From Trichodelitschia bisporula (lineage: Eukaryota): 64,000 nt of DNA. The position numbers and the translations under genes were made by a program. This document shows positions 62,667 to 64,000 of the stretch, piece after piece (position 1 is the first letter of the stretch; every line of letters begins with the position of its first letter). The DNA is taken from the NCBI GenBank assembly GCA_010356995.1, contig ML996692.1, positions 445,933 to 509,932 of the forward strand, written 5' to 3'. The notes below the pieces were generated by a model. That model ran no database searches, was not told the DNA's origin, and saw only the letters and a program-made list of their open reading frames with translations.

Positions 62667-63253
62667 TTACTTGTATGCCGCCTGGTCTGGGGCGCCGGGG
62701 GGAGGCGGAGCGCCGCCACCGCCGTAACCGGGCATCGGAATCTGGTCGCCATGTCCGCCCGTGACGTCCGGCCGGTACCTACAGAGCGTCAGCGCATCAA
62801 TGAAATCCTGCCGACGTAGCCACATACTTGATGTCCTGCCAGAAGTTACAGATGGGGCACCCCACTTCTTTCCACGGCTTCAGGGAGAAGGGGATGAGCG
62901 GCTAGTCAATGTGATCAGTGTTTATCGCAGCCATCACCTAAAGATGCCATACCACAAAGCAGAAGGTGAACCATTCCCTGCGCCATGTCAGTCGACCGGT
63001 CCTCATGTAACGCAGCAACCGCACACTCACCACCGCTTGTAAACGTGGGCGCTGATGTTGCCGCAGTTCTGGCACTGCACAGTGACATTTTCATACCCCT
63101 TCAGAGCAGAGGTAAAGGCTGCGGCAGTTAGAGGTCAAGTTGCGCGACCACTGGCTTCTGACGTACTGTGTGTTCCTAGCGACGCGCATTAGCTTGCTAC
63201 CTCACCACTGTGACATCATAACGCAGCTTACCACAAGTGAAGAAGAAGAACAT
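62667..63253 (-). CDS. Small zinc-ribbon protein (UPF0768/YBL029C-A-like), 109 aa; exons 63232-63253, 63167-63175, 63031-63118, 62953-62977, 62828-62901, 62667-62778
   Basis: Five canonical introns splice to MFFFFTCGTHTFTSALKGYENVTVQCQNCGNISAHVYKRWEWFTFCFVPLIPFSLKPWKEVGCPICNFWQDIKYRPDV...AAYK*, with two CxxC pairs flanking WFTFCFVPLIP. Confidence 0.87.
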
Positions 63254-64000
63254 CTTGAAGGGACAGCACCGCAGATACTGTTCAGGTGAAGAGGGGTTTG
63301 AGAGCGGTAGATGGGGTTGATGAGAAGGTGGAGAGCGGGATTCAGTGCGGAGAGTGTACGATGTAACGCAAGTGAATTGCGCGGCAGTCGCGAGAATGCA
63401 ATGAAAGGCCAACCAACCAAGCCCAGCCAGCCAATGCGAAGGCCATCCAGCCCTGCCTGGCCGACAGCAATTGGGGCGCATGCAGCTTGGCTAGACCCTT
63501 GGCGTACGTGGCTGCTCATGAGCGAGAGCTGAATGGCAGAAAGTCATTGCCCCTCTCTCCAACAACTTGGCTAGGATGGATAGCAAGCACCTTTTAACCC
63601 CCCAAATAGTCTTTGCGGCGTATGCGTGTAGCACACACGTTCAAGGCTATGAAACACTCCTCCTGGTTACAACGTCCTCATGCCTAGTTCTAGTCCCAGA
63701 GTCATCAACCCCGTCTCAAGCGCAGTTGGGCAAAATCCAGAGGCACGATTTGACGCTCAAACGTGCATACCACGGCGGTCACGCGAGCCTGTGAGCAACG
63801 TCGGCCCAAGAGCCTCCCGTTCACGACTTCCGATGGAGTGGAAGTACATCGTAAACCGTAGACCATATGCGCACGCCAACATGGGAATCAATCAGTTTGT
63901 ATTATTATACATCAACTCCGCAGCATATATGTGTCCTACACGCAAAAGAAATTCAATGCAAGGTCCCACAGCTCCTGCTCATGTCGCATGATATGCAGTC

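Overview
GC-rich, intron-containing eukaryotic DNA from a filamentous ascomycete (Pezizomycotina-type GT..CTRAC..YAG introns of about 40-200 nt). I reconstructed 19 protein-coding genes by hand. In order: the 3' end of Ran/GSP1, a Zn2Cys6 transcription factor, an Atos/DUF4210 protein, FYV7-like, the urea transporter DUR3/ureA, a PH-domain protein, a small coiled-coil protein, RMD5/GID2, STB2/6-like, an ABCB (MDR) transporter, HRD3, a secreted aspartic protease, an S1/P1 nuclease, a GH76-fold GPI protein, a GT31 glycosyltransferase, SWR1, NDUFB8, urease, and a six-exon zinc-ribbon gene the ORF track misses. The most notable observations are: (1) a diverged ~0.75-0.85 kb inverted duplication at 15.5-16.2 kb and 39.1-39.9 kb that brackets a 23 kb gene block and has a structured, B-box-like core; (2) a GH76 protein whose catalytic Asp-Asp is replaced by Phe-Ala; (3) an ABC-transporter intron that can only keep frame with a TG acceptor; (4) a solo gag/capsid-like ORF; (5) a decayed nucleotidyltransferase-like gene; (6) a repeated C-rich to G-rich sense-strand switch near gene 3' ends; (7) linkage of the urea transporter and urease. 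I found no tRNA, rRNA, CRISPR array or intact transposon. All family calls come from recalled motifs, not database searches.
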